A stretch of 54,926 bases of DNA from Chiloscyllium plagiosum. Lineage: Eukaryota. Under the pieces are notes generated by a model, which saw only the letters and a program-made list of their open reading frames with translations, was not told the DNA's origin and ran no database searches. This document shows, in pieces, positions 1 to 10,010 of this stretch (position 1 is its first letter; every line of letters starts with the position of its first letter). Made by a program: the position numbers and the translations under genes. The DNA is taken from assembly GCF_004010195.1 (NCBI RefSeq), contig NC_057757.1, positions 6,328,728 to 6,383,653 of the forward strand. Direction: 5' to 3'.

Positions 1-378
1 TTTCTTTATACTCTAAGGATTCACTCTATCTATCCTGCCTATACCTGGCATATGCTTCCTTTTTTTTAAACTAAACCCTCAATTTCTTTAGTCATCCAGC
101 ATTCCCTATACCTACCAGCCTTCCCTTTCACCCTGACAGGAATATACTTTCTCTGGATTCTTGTTATCTCATTTCTGAAGGCTTCCCATTTTCCAGCCGT
201 CCCTTTACCTGCGAACATCTGCCTCCAATCAGTATTCGAACGTTCTTGCCTAATATCGTCAAAATTGGCCTTTCTCCAGTTTAGAACTTCAACTTTTAGA
301 TCTGGTCTATCCTTTTCCATCACTATTTTAAAGCAAATAGAATTATGGTCACTGGCCCCAAAGTGCTCCCCCACTGAC
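1..378 (-). mobile_element. CR1 LINE fragment (end of APE endonuclease and ORF2 linker)
   Basis: Minus ORF 66-389 contains EHFGASDHNSICF...LNWRKANFDDIRQE; near-identical to the copy at about 28020-28380. Confidence 0.85.
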
Positions 379-475
379 CAAGGTGTCACTGGGATTGGCA
401 GGTTTGGGATATAAAAATAGACTGGAAAGCAAGCGAGGGAACTGCAGAGGTGTTAATATATCTTTCCTGTTGCAG

Positions 476-652
476 CAGGTCACTGAGATGGAAGCCCCTG
501 ATCTCATGATGTTCTATGATCCACTGGAGCTGCTAACTGAGACCCCTTACCTCTCTGTGGAGGGCCTGCCTGACTTGAAGGTGCATCCACAGCCAAAACC
601 TGCTGCTTCATCCTTTGACCTTTTCCGCAAGCTAAAACAGTGGGAGTCCTAG
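476..652 (+). CDS. PPP1R35: Terminal coding exon of protein phosphatase 1 regulatory subunit 35 (centriolar protein)
   Basis: Pyrimidine-rich acceptor tctttcctgttgcag, then (Q)VTEMEAPDLMMFYDPLELLTETPYLSVEGLPDLKVHPQPKPAASSFDLFRKLKQWES*. This matches the recalled human C-terminus ([37 protein letters not shown]...HRTLRRWEA). PPP1R35 is also the MEPCE neighbour in human. Confidence 0.85.
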   Translation, partial: QVTEMEAPDLMMFYDPLELLTETPYLSVEGLPDLKVHPQPKPAASSFDLFRKLKQWES

Positions 653-2246
653 CTCCAGCAAGATTGCAGGTTGGAAAGCTGTGGGAATGTATACTCAGTG
701 TAAAAAGTGTACATATATATAATTTATATCAGTCCTTTCAGCTGTATAATGTCGTTCCCAATTATGTTGATGATAACCGGTGGATTTTGGAACATTTCAA
801 GACAGGACACTTTGAAATTGGGCAAAGTATTTTAACATTGAAATATGAATGTGTGGTGCCAGAATAAGGTTTTTCTCACTTTATGCTGCTGGTGACAGTA
901 TTCCGAAACTCCCTCTAGCAATTAACATTGCTTCAGTAACTAATACCATGAAGCACTGTATTCAGTTTCAGAGTTACCCATCAATGCAGTGAACAAATCT
1001 CCAAACTTATTGAAATGGGCCAAGCAGGTTCGTAAGATACATTACGTCAAGTAGGATTCTGAAGGGCAGATACCAGGGCTCTGCTCCCCTCTTAGACCAC
1101 AGGGTCCACACCTTTATGAAAATGGAGAGAAATCCATCAAGTTTCTCTTCTTGCCTTTGGCCTACCTGAAATAGGCCAAAGCCTTCCCTCTGGTCCCCAT
1201 GGAGATGGGCAATAAATGGTTCTAGGCTCAGTGTCACCTGCTATGGAGGCACTGTTGAAAACCAATTTATGCGCACAAGCTGCCACGGACAGCAATGGAG
1301 GCAGGTGACCATATAGTCTGATCTTGGTACTGGTTAGTTCAGAAGGAATCTTGACCATGAGAGAATTTCCCTTTTTAACATCCCACTCCAGTGGAAAAAT
1401 GTGTACTCCTCACATCGGTGAAGACAGAATTAGGCTAGTGCTCAGTTCACGGGCACAGTCATCCCACTCCCTGACAGCTCCAAAAGAGTGTTTCACAGAG
1501 TGTTTGCTCTTTTGTGGCTCTTAATCCCCTCCCAGTAAGCAGCATTCAGGAATTTGATCATCACTCACCTTTTATAGTGCATATTGCCAATTTTAAATAA
1601 TACAAATTTTGTAATTTTGTTTGCATAACAAACTGACAGAAGTGTATTTTTATATGAATTAAAGATTCTTTTTCTACTTCATCTCCAAAGCTGCCTTCTG
1701 TCGACATAGTCCTCAAAATGTATTCTCGTTTTGAACTGGTCAAAGTGACTTTCGGTGGAATGTTGAGAGCTTTCTTTCATTGAGGTCTGAAGAAGCTATT
1801 TCTGACTTGAGGCTTTAACTCTGCTTCTCTGTCATCAGATGGTGCCAGACCTGCTGAGTTTCTCCAACACTTTTTTTTAAAACTTTTTTTGCACTTCATG
1901 ATACCTTTCAGTGTTTGACACAATTATTTTTGAAGTGTGGTAACTGTCGTTCTGTAGGTAAATGTGGCAGCCAGCAGCTTGAAGCAGAATCGAGATGAAT
2001 CATTCTTTAAATTAATATTGTTAATATTAATTGAGGGAGAATTGTGGCCATTGATACCTTTCCTGACTGCACTATCAATTGGACTTGGTTATGGAGGCCT
2101 TGATAAATGAAGATGGGAACAAAGGAATCAATCAATATGTTGATAGTGAGATGAAGCAAGGTGAGAGGAGGGTAATATGGACTGTGGAGCTTGTTGGGCT
2201 GGATTCCCCTAAGAGCCAAACAAAATATATTGCCTTTTCTTCACAG

Positions 2247-2590
2247 GGTGGCACAGTGGCACAGTGGCTCAGTGGTTAGCATTGCTGCCTCACAGCACTG
2301 GGGTACCGTGTTCGATTCCACCCTCAGGCTTTGTGAAGTATGCACACTCTTCCCATGTTTACTTGGGTTTCCTCCAGGGCTCCAGTTACCTCCCAAGGTC
2401 CAAAGCTATTAGAGTGGATTGACCATGATAAATTGCCCGATAGTGTCTAGGGATGTGGAGGTTAGGTGGATTAGCCATGGGAAATGCAGGATTACGGGTA
2501 TAGGGGAGGGGGGATCAGTTTGGGAGGGATGTTGTTCGGAGGGTCAGTGTGTATGGACTGAATGACCTGCTTCCACGCGATTCCATGATT
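2247..2590 (+). mobile_element. tRNA-derived V-SINE (HE1-like), diverged
   Basis: A box tggctcagtgg, B box gttcgattcc, V-domain-like core, CR1-like tail. Confidence 0.8.
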
Positions 2591-3899
2591 CAGGGTTGCA
2601 GATTCTATATATTAACAACGTATACACCTGATCAAGCATCACATTACAAAGAATGGCTTCTCTGACAATTGAGGCCACATTAAGGGTGATCTTAAGCTGA
2701 CTTCTCCTTGTGAGGAAAGTAAAGGGTTAACAGTTGACGGTATTACACAAATTGTTCCACTTCATAGCATTAAAATTATTTTTTGTCTCTGAATGTGTCA
2801 TTTATGTGAATGGGACAAACGTACACCAGGGGTAAGTACACAAATGTAATTTTAGTAAGATCCAAAGATTATTATAGAAATATACACAGAACAGACTAAA
2901 TGAGGTCAAATAGGGATACTGACTCCTGAAACTCCTATTAAATATCTGCTATAACTAAAGCTTTCTAGAGATGCTTTTTTATATAAATATTTTTATTGAA
3001 AACCTTTTTAAATCTTTTACAAAACATCTATATACAAAAAACCCTACCATCAAAACAGAAAAAATGGCAGTACAACAAAGCCATAATGCAGTACTATTGT
3101 TAATAAACGACCAACTATTCTACCCGAACAAACATATCACTTAGCTTAAACTAAATTACAAACATATTAAATAAATACTAACTTAAACTAAATTCAAATA
3201 ACTTAAATTGAATAATATCTCACTACTTTATTCTATTTCACTCATCACATCTCCACTGAGGCTCCCATCCCTGGGAGCACCATCTGTCATAACCATTAAG
3301 AGATACTTCTTTTTAATGAAGGTTCTTTCCTCCATGAGTTTGTACTGAAGACTTTTGACTTCAGCTCAACAGAGACTCCTTGAGGGCTTTTGTCTTACAA
3401 TATATTCACAACTTAAAGTGATGCTTCGACCTTGTGATTCAGTGGCTATTAACGCCGAGCCCTGTTGATGATCTATTGTCACCTTCACATTGAGTTATAG
3501 ATACCTTCTTTGTCAAGAGGGAAAAAGAGAGCTGATACTTTCACATTCAGGGGTTGCTGTTGCATACCTCTTTTATTGCTGGTTATAAGAAATCTCACAT
3601 GCATGTAGCAGCTTTAAAAACCTAAGGATGCCTTCAAGTCGGTTACATCCATACAAAGTTAATCATTTGGCCCCTTGAGGCTGCTCAAGTTATTCAATGA
3701 GTTCACGGCCAATCGATTTGTGTTTCAAGTTCCAGGTTCTCATCTAACCCAGATGACCTTTAATTCTCTTTCCAAACAGTCTTTACAGTCTTAAAAATAT
3801 TCAGTGAGCCCACCTCCACCACCTTTTGAGGTTCCGAAGTGTCTCAAACCTCTGAGAGAAAAGAATTCACATCTCTGTCCAAAACAGGACGGCCCTAAA

Positions 3900-4045
3900 T
3901 TAAAATAAACAGGTAGGAGGCTGCAAGAACACAGCAAGCCAAGCAGCATCAAGAGGTGGAGAAATCAATGTCTTGGGTGTAACCCTTCTTCAGGACCTTC
4001 CAGCCTCCTGCCTATTTTGGATTGCAGAATCTGCAGTTTTTTTAA
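3900..4045. mobile_element. Short fold-back Penelope-terminus-derived repeat with degenerate hammerhead core
   Basis: Inverted arms aggtaggaggctg / cagcctcctgcct; minus strand ctgaaga-a-gggt-tac-accc-aagac; same family as 24040-24170. Confidence 0.6.
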
Positions 4046-4046
4046 A

Positions 4047-4310
4047 GATTAGATTAGATTCCCTACAGTGTGGAAGCAGGACCTTTGGCCCAACAAGTCC
4101 ACACTGACCCTCCGAAGAGCAGCCCACCCAGACCCATTCCCCTACATTTACTCCTGACTAATGCATTTAACACTACAGGCAATTTAGCATGGCCAAATCA
4201 CCTAACCTGCACATCTTTGGACTGTGGGAGGAAATCAGAGCACCCGGAGGAAATCCACACAGACATGGGGAGAATGTGCAAACCTGGGTCCATGGCACTG
4301 CAAGGCAGCG
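4047..4310 (-). mobile_element. V-SINE (HE1-like), internally deleted
   Basis: (ttaga)n tail on plus strand; reverse complement of the V-domain core. Confidence 0.75.
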
Positions 4311-4659
4311 TCTCTTGCCCCAAATTAAAGCAGCACTGTAAGATAATTTTGTATTAACAATGTAGCTTCACACCTTTCTGTTGTAAGGAAATTTGGGGTC
4401 CTTGTGATGCATAATGCCCCGAACTCTGTGGCAGGAGACCCAGATTAAAGTCCCACTTCTCAAGAGGTGTGTAATACCATCTCTGAACAGAGTGATAACC
4501 AGTACAAAACATGACATACACAGCAACCCCATTCCAAAGCCCATCAACACACAGCAATGTGGTGGGGAGCAAATAAACTGTGTTGGTAAGACAGAGAAAC
4601 ATTGGGTCAGAACATATTGATTCCTGAAACATTGAAGGTGCATCTTTAAAGGAGACTAT

Positions 4660-5162
4660 TGGGGTGGGGGGGGAAAGCCGTGGACTTTGCCTTTAAAACA
4701 CTGGTAATTAAATATGAGCTTGACTGGGTGGCAGCACGTCCAGGTACAAATCAGCATCATCGCGCAGGCGCAGTTGGCCCAGGCCGTGGGAGTACCCGCG
4801 TGCGCAGGGTGGTCGGCGGCGGGGTGGGCGTTTCGTTTGTGCGCGCGCGCAGTGGCCGGCATTGCGCAAATGGGGGGGGGGCGTGCGCTGCGCGTGCGCA
4901 CTCGTGCTCGGCGCAAAATGGCGCGAAGCGGCGGAAAGGAGTTTTCCGCCGTCGAGTTCGAGGAAACGAAACGGACTTTTCAAAGAAACATCAGCCAGGT
5001 AACCTCCTGGAGAGACGGAGAGCGGGGTACTGAGGGAAAATAGGCCAGCGGAGACCGAGGGCTGAGGAAAATCACAGGGACAGAAGTCTCATAATGTCAC
5101 ACGGGAGAGACCGAAATAAACCCGGGATAAATACAGGGAGGGAGAAATACACCAGGGAGAAA
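4660..5162. promoter_or_regulatory. CpG-island promoter with NRF1-like and YY1 motifs
   Basis: Dense CpG in an otherwise CpG-depleted background; GCGCAGGCGCA 4762-4772; TGCGCGTGCGCA 4889-4900; AAAATGGCG 4915-4923. Confidence 0.75.
4918..4998 (+). CDS. Putative first coding exon of an unidentified gene (MARSGGKEFSAVEFEETKRTFQRNISQ)
   Basis: Strong Kozak context aaaATGg inside a CpG island; 27 codons; phase-0 donor CAG|GTAACC; continues into an assembly gap. Confidence 0.55.
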
Positions 5163-5662
5163 NNNNNNNNNNNNNNNNNNNNNNNNNNNNNNNNNNNNNN
5201 NNNNNNNNNNNNNNNNNNNNNNNNNNNNNNNNNNNNNNNNNNNNNNNNNNNNNNNNNNNNNNNNNNNNNNNNNNNNNNNNNNNNNNNNNNNNNNNNNNNN
5301 NNNNNNNNNNNNNNNNNNNNNNNNNNNNNNNNNNNNNNNNNNNNNNNNNNNNNNNNNNNNNNNNNNNNNNNNNNNNNNNNNNNNNNNNNNNNNNNNNNNN
5401 NNNNNNNNNNNNNNNNNNNNNNNNNNNNNNNNNNNNNNNNNNNNNNNNNNNNNNNNNNNNNNNNNNNNNNNNNNNNNNNNNNNNNNNNNNNNNNNNNNNN
5501 NNNNNNNNNNNNNNNNNNNNNNNNNNNNNNNNNNNNNNNNNNNNNNNNNNNNNNNNNNNNNNNNNNNNNNNNNNNNNNNNNNNNNNNNNNNNNNNNNNNN
5601 NNNNNNNNNNNNNNNNNNNNNNNNNNNNNNNNNNNNNNNNNNNNNNNNNNNNNNNNNNNNNN
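5163..5662. other. Assembly gap (500 N)
   Basis: Run of N. Confidence 1.
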
Positions 5663-5905
5663 ATAGTAAACGTCCGTGTTGATTCGGTCGTCCGAGGTAG
5701 AAATGGAGAGGTCTAGGAAGGGGAAGGAGGAGTCTGAGATGGTCCAGGTAAACTTGAGGTCGGGGTGGAAGGTGTTCGTAAAGTGGATGAACTGTTCGAC
5801 CTCCTCGTGGGAGCACGAGGTAGCACCGATACAGTCATCGATGTAGCGGAGGAAAAGGTGGGGGGTGGTGCCAGTGTAGCTGCGGAAGATGGACTGTTCC
5901 ACACA
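5663..5905 (-). mobile_element. Penelope-like element reverse transcriptase fragment
   Basis: Open frame FLRYIDDCIG...FHPDLKFTW...FPFLDLSI; CpGs retained, suggesting a young copy. Confidence 0.85.
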
Positions 5906-6062
5906 TCCCTTCTACCATAATCCCCAGAATAATCTCTTTAGCACTGACACTCTACCGTAAATCTCAGAATAATCTCCATTGTGCTGACCCTCTACCACAA
6001 TCCTCTGAATAAGTCCTTCTGCGATAATTTACTACCGTAATCCTCAGAATAAATCCCTCAGT

Positions 6063-6190
6063 GAGGAAGGGTTTGGAGGGATATGGGTCGGGTGCTGGCA
6101 GGTGGGACTAGATTGGGTTGGGATATCTGGTCGGCATGGACAGGTTGGACTGAAGGGTCTGTTTCCATGCTGTACATCTCTGTGACTGTG
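6063..6190 (+). mobile_element. CR1 3' end fragment inserted in the satellite
   Basis: ggaagggtttggagggatatggg...gggtctgtttccatgctgtacatctctgtgact, the same tail as other CR1 copies in the window. Confidence 0.8.
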
Positions 6191-6598
6191 TGCTGACCTT
6201 CTACTGTAATACTCAGAATAATCCCCTCAGTGCTGACTATCTACCGCAATCCCCAGAATAATTCCATCAACGCTGACCTTCTACTATAATCCTCAGAATA
6301 AATCCCTCAGGACTGACTTTCTACCATAATCTTCAGAATAATCCCTTAATGCTGACCCTCTTACTGCAATCCTCAGAACAATCCCTCTAGCGCAGACCTC
6401 TACCGCAATCCTCAGAATGAATCCGTCAACGATGAGGGATTTATTCTACCGCAGTCCTCAGAATAATCCCATTAGCGCAGACCCATTACCGTAATCCACA
6501 GAATAAATCCCTCAGGACCGACTTTATACCATAATCCTCAGAATAATCCCGTTAACACAAACCCTCTACCGTAATCCTTAGAATAATCCTTAGAATTA

Positions 6599-6893
6599 GA
6601 GTGGCATAGTGGCTCAGTGGTTAGCACTGCTGCCTCACAGCACCAGGGTCCCAGGTTCGATTCCAGCCCTGGGCCAACTGTCTGTGTGGAGTTTGCACAT
6701 TCTCCCCGTGTCTGCATGGGTTTCCTCCCACAGTCCAAAGATGTGCAAATTAGGGTGAATTGGGCATGTGAAATTGCCCAAAGTGTTAGGTGCATTAATC
6801 AGGCATAAATATAGGGTGTGGGTGGGTAACTCTTTGGAGGATTGGTGTGGACTTGTTGGGTCAAATGGCCTGTTTCCACACTGTCGTTTATCT
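6599..6893 (+). mobile_element. V-SINE (HE1-like) inserted in the satellite
   Basis: A box TGGCTCAGTGG 6610-6620, B box GGTTCGATTCC 6654-6664, V-domain gtggagtttgcacattctccccgtgtctgc. Confidence 0.9.
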
Positions 6894-7008
6894 AATCCCT
6901 TTAGCATTAACCTTCTACTGTAATCCTTACTCTAATCCCTTTAGAGTTAACCCTCTACTGCAATCTTTAGAATAATCCCTTTAGCGGTAACCCTCTACTG
7001 TAATCCTT

Positions 7009-7155
7009 GGACAAAGTTAAAAATCACCAGGTTATAGTCCAACAGGTTTATTTGGAAGCACTAGCTTTCAGAGCGCTGCTCCTTCATCAGGTGGTTGATG
7101 ACCTGATTTTTAACTTTGTCCACCCCAGTCCAATATCAACTCCTCCACATCATGA
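7009..7155. mobile_element. Short fold-back non-autonomous element carrying a hammerhead motif
   Basis: Inverted repeat ggacaaagttaaaaatca 7009-7026 / tgatttttaactttgtcc 7104-7121; flanking duplication taatcctt 7001-7008 and 7156-7163. Confidence 0.75.
7062..7090 (-). ncRNA. Minimal type I hammerhead ribozyme motif (core intact)
   Basis: Minus strand CUGAUGA-A-GGAGC-AGC-GCUCU-GAAA-G-CUA; palindromic AGCU helix III. Confidence 0.6.
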
Positions 7156-7289
7156 TAATCCTTAGAATAATCCCTTTAACGCTGACCTGCTACCATAATC
7201 CTCAGAATAATCTCCTTCATGCGAACCCTCTACCGTAATCCTTAGAATATTTCCCATAGCATGAACCCTCTACCATAATCCACAGAACA

Positions 7290-7463
7290 CAGAGGAACTT
7301 CGATTATCTTAATGATACAGGCAGGATGTATTTTGTTCAGATAATCGAATGTTTAATAATCGAATGTTCAAATGGTAGTTTACCTGAGCATCATGACCTT
7401 GAGATCTTGTTCAGATCATCCGAAATCTGGATAATTGATGTTTGGATAATCGAGGTTCCTCTG
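7290..7463. mobile_element. pogo/Tigger-like MITE
   Basis: TIRs cagaggaacttcgattatc / gataatcgaggttcctctg (18 of 19 complementary); internal ggataatcga sub-repeats. Confidence 0.8.
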
Positions 7464-9074
7464 CAATTCCTTCAGTGCTATCCCTCTACTGTAATCCTTA
7501 GAATAACCTCTTTAACACTGACCCTGTATTGTAATCCTCAGAATAATCCCCTCAGCGTTTATCCTTTACCATAATCCTCAAAATAATCCCCTTAGCATTT
7601 ACCCTCAACCATAATCCTTGGAATAAACCTGCGAGCATGAACCCTCTACTGTAATCCTTAGAATAATCCCTTTCGTGCTACCTTTCTACCATAATCCTCA
7701 GAATAGTCCCCTCAGTGCTAACCCTCTACCGTAATTCTCAGAATAATCCCTTTAGCACTAACCCTCTACCGTAATCCTCAGAATAAACCCCTTAGCGTGA
7801 ACCCTTTACTGTAATCCTTAGAATAATCCCTTTCATGCTAACCTTCTACCATAATCCTCAGAATAGTCCCCTCAGTGCTAACCCTCTACCGTAATCCTCA
7901 GAATAATCCCCTTAGCACTAACCCTCTACCATAATCCTGAGAATAATCCCTTTAACACTGACGCTCTACCATAATCTTCAGAATAATCCCCTTAGTGCTG
8001 ACCCTCTTCCGTAATCCTTAGAATAATCAATTTAGGGCGAACCCATTACCATAATCCTCAGAATGGTGCTCTCAGTGCTCACCCTCTACCGTAATCCTCA
8101 GAATAATCCCCTGAGAACGAACCCTCCCCCATAATCCTCAGAATGATCCCCTTAGCGCTAACCCCCAACTGTAATCCTCAGAATAACCATTTTAGTGCTA
8201 ACTCTCTACTGTAATCCACAGAGTAATAACTTTAGTGCTAACTCTCTACTGTAATCCTTAGAAAAATCACTTTAGCGCTGACCTTCTACCATAATCCTCA
8301 GAATAATTCCATCAGAGCTAACCCTCTACCATAATCCTCAGAGTAATCACTTCAGTGTTGCCAATCTACCATACCCCTCAGAATAATCCTGTTTGTGCTA
8401 ACCTTCTACTGTAATCCTCAGAATAGTCCCTTTAGCACTGACAATCTATCATAACCCTCAAAATAATCTCTTTAACACCAACCTTCTACTGTAATCTTCC
8501 AAATAATACACTGAACATTGACTCTCTACCATAATCCTCAAAATAACCCCTATAACTCTAATCCTTTCCCATAATCCTCAGAAAATTCCTTATAATACCC
8601 AAACAGGCCCTTTACCATTATCCATATAGTAATCCCTATTATGCCATACAAACCTTTACCATAATCCTCATAGTATCATGAGGTCCTGTACTGTAATCAT
8701 CGTAATAATCTCCATAACAACATAAGGCTCATTACTATAAACCCCACCTCTTAGTTCTGGCCCTGCCCATTTTAACCATAATTTCCACCCCATTCAAACT
8801 GGCCCACACCTGGGAGCTCATGTCCAGAGGATCAAGACCCCATCCCCTTAACGCTGACCCTACACCATAATCCCTATAATTTCCACTCCTTAATACTGAC
8901 TGCATCCGCTTTTAATCATAGACCTGCTCCCTCAGGAGCAAGCATCCCGATGAGAATACCTCATATCCTGAACGCTGACCCTATCCCTTTAAACTACTTC
9001 ACGATCCTTCAGCTCTGCTCCCACCAACATTGGCCGCATCCCTCTGAACACATATATAGACCCTCACCTGCTCC

Positions 9075-9560
9075 CCCCAGGACCGCAAGAGACTACAGAA
9101 GGTTATTCGCACAGCAAAGACCATCACGGAAGTGAACTTTCCATCCACGGACTCCATCTACACTTCTCATAGCCTCAGAAAGGCTGCCAACATCATCAAA
9201 GACTCCTCCAAACCCGGGAATGCTTTCCCACAACCTCTTCCATCAGACAGAAGTTACAGGAGCCTGAACACACGTGCCAACAGGTTCAAGAACAGCTTCT
9301 TCCCCGCTGTTACTAAACTGCTGAAGGCACCTCTCTAACTTCAAATAATGTTGATCTTGCTTCATGGCCCTCCTGTGCAGCCTCGCTCTATCTAACCTTG
9401 TTTGCCTCGCTCTATCTAACCTTGTTTGCCTCGCTCTATCTAAGGACTCTGTGTTCTGTATGTCCTTGTTTGCTATGATCTGCCTTCACTGCTGCTCACA
9501 AAATAAAACTTTTCACTGTACTTAGGAGCATGTGACCCCAATAAATCAAATAAAATAAAA
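9075..9560 (+). mobile_element. Rex1/Babar LINE 3' fragment
   Basis: KAANIIKDSSKPGNAFPQPLPSDRSYRSLNTRANRFKNSFFPAVTKLL, followed by a 3' tail tttcactgta...aataaatcaaa; includes a 24-bp tandem triplication at 9380-9443. Confidence 0.8.
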
Positions 9561-9574
9561 ACATATAGTCATAC

Positions 9575-9975
9575 TAATTAGGAGCAGACTGAGGCCTCTC
9601 AAGCCTGCACTGCCATTCAATGGTTGATCTGATTACTCTGTATTCCCGTCTAGCTCCAATAACCTTTCACCCCCTTACTATTCACCTCTGCCACTAAAAT
9701 ATTCAAGGAATCTGCTTCCACTGCATTTTGAGGAAGGAGTTCCAAAGATATATAACCCTCTGTAAGAAACAAGATGTTCCTCACCTCTGTCTTGAAAGGG
9801 TGACCCCTTATTTTGAAACAGTGAGCCCTAATTCTAGATTCTTCTACAACAGCATGCACCCTCACCATGTCTATTCCATCTAGACACCTCAGGACCTTCA
9901 TGGTTTTGGTCACGTCATCTCTCTTCCTTCTAAACTCCACGAGATACAAGCCCAATCTGTCCAACTTTTCGCCAT
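9575..9975 (-). mobile_element. CR1 3' fragment, old subfamily
   Basis: LDRLGLYLVEFRRKRDDV...ESRIRAHCFKIRG. Confidence 0.75.
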
Positions 9976-10010
9976 TAAGTATCTTACCCATTTCATTAGT
10001 CCAGCAATTA

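Larger units (their letters stand above)
5907..8750. repeat. 40-bp tandem repeat (minisatellite/satellite) interrupted by four TE insertions
   Basis: Consensus approx. GAATAATCCCTTTAGCACTAACCCTCTACCATAATCCTCA; clean 40-nt period over about 7500-8580; decays towards 9000. Confidence 0.95.

Noticed and set aside
1007..1358. Overlapping minus-strand ORFs downstream of PPP1R35
   Set aside because: No recognisable domain, and the sequence resembles a decayed repeat tail.
1561..1790. Minus-strand ORF ending in a good donor (AAG|GTGAGT at 1569/1568)
   Set aside because: Peptide not recognised, the nearest candidate acceptor lies in a Penelope-terminus remnant, and no partner exons were found.
4656..5043. 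Several long Arg/Ala-rich ORFs on both strands
   Set aside because: Expected by-product of a GC-rich CpG island; only the ATG-4918 exon has start and splice signals.
6599..6670. tRNA gene candidates at SINE heads (also 2247, 30158, 44668)
   Set aside because: The A/B boxes are followed by a V-domain and LINE tail rather than an acceptor stem and T-run; these are SINE heads.
5907..8750. CRISPR-like appearance (conserved block plus variable segment)
   Set aside because: The variable parts are only about 10 nt and homologous to each other, the period is a strict 40 bp, there are no cas genes and the context is vertebrate. It is a tandem repeat.
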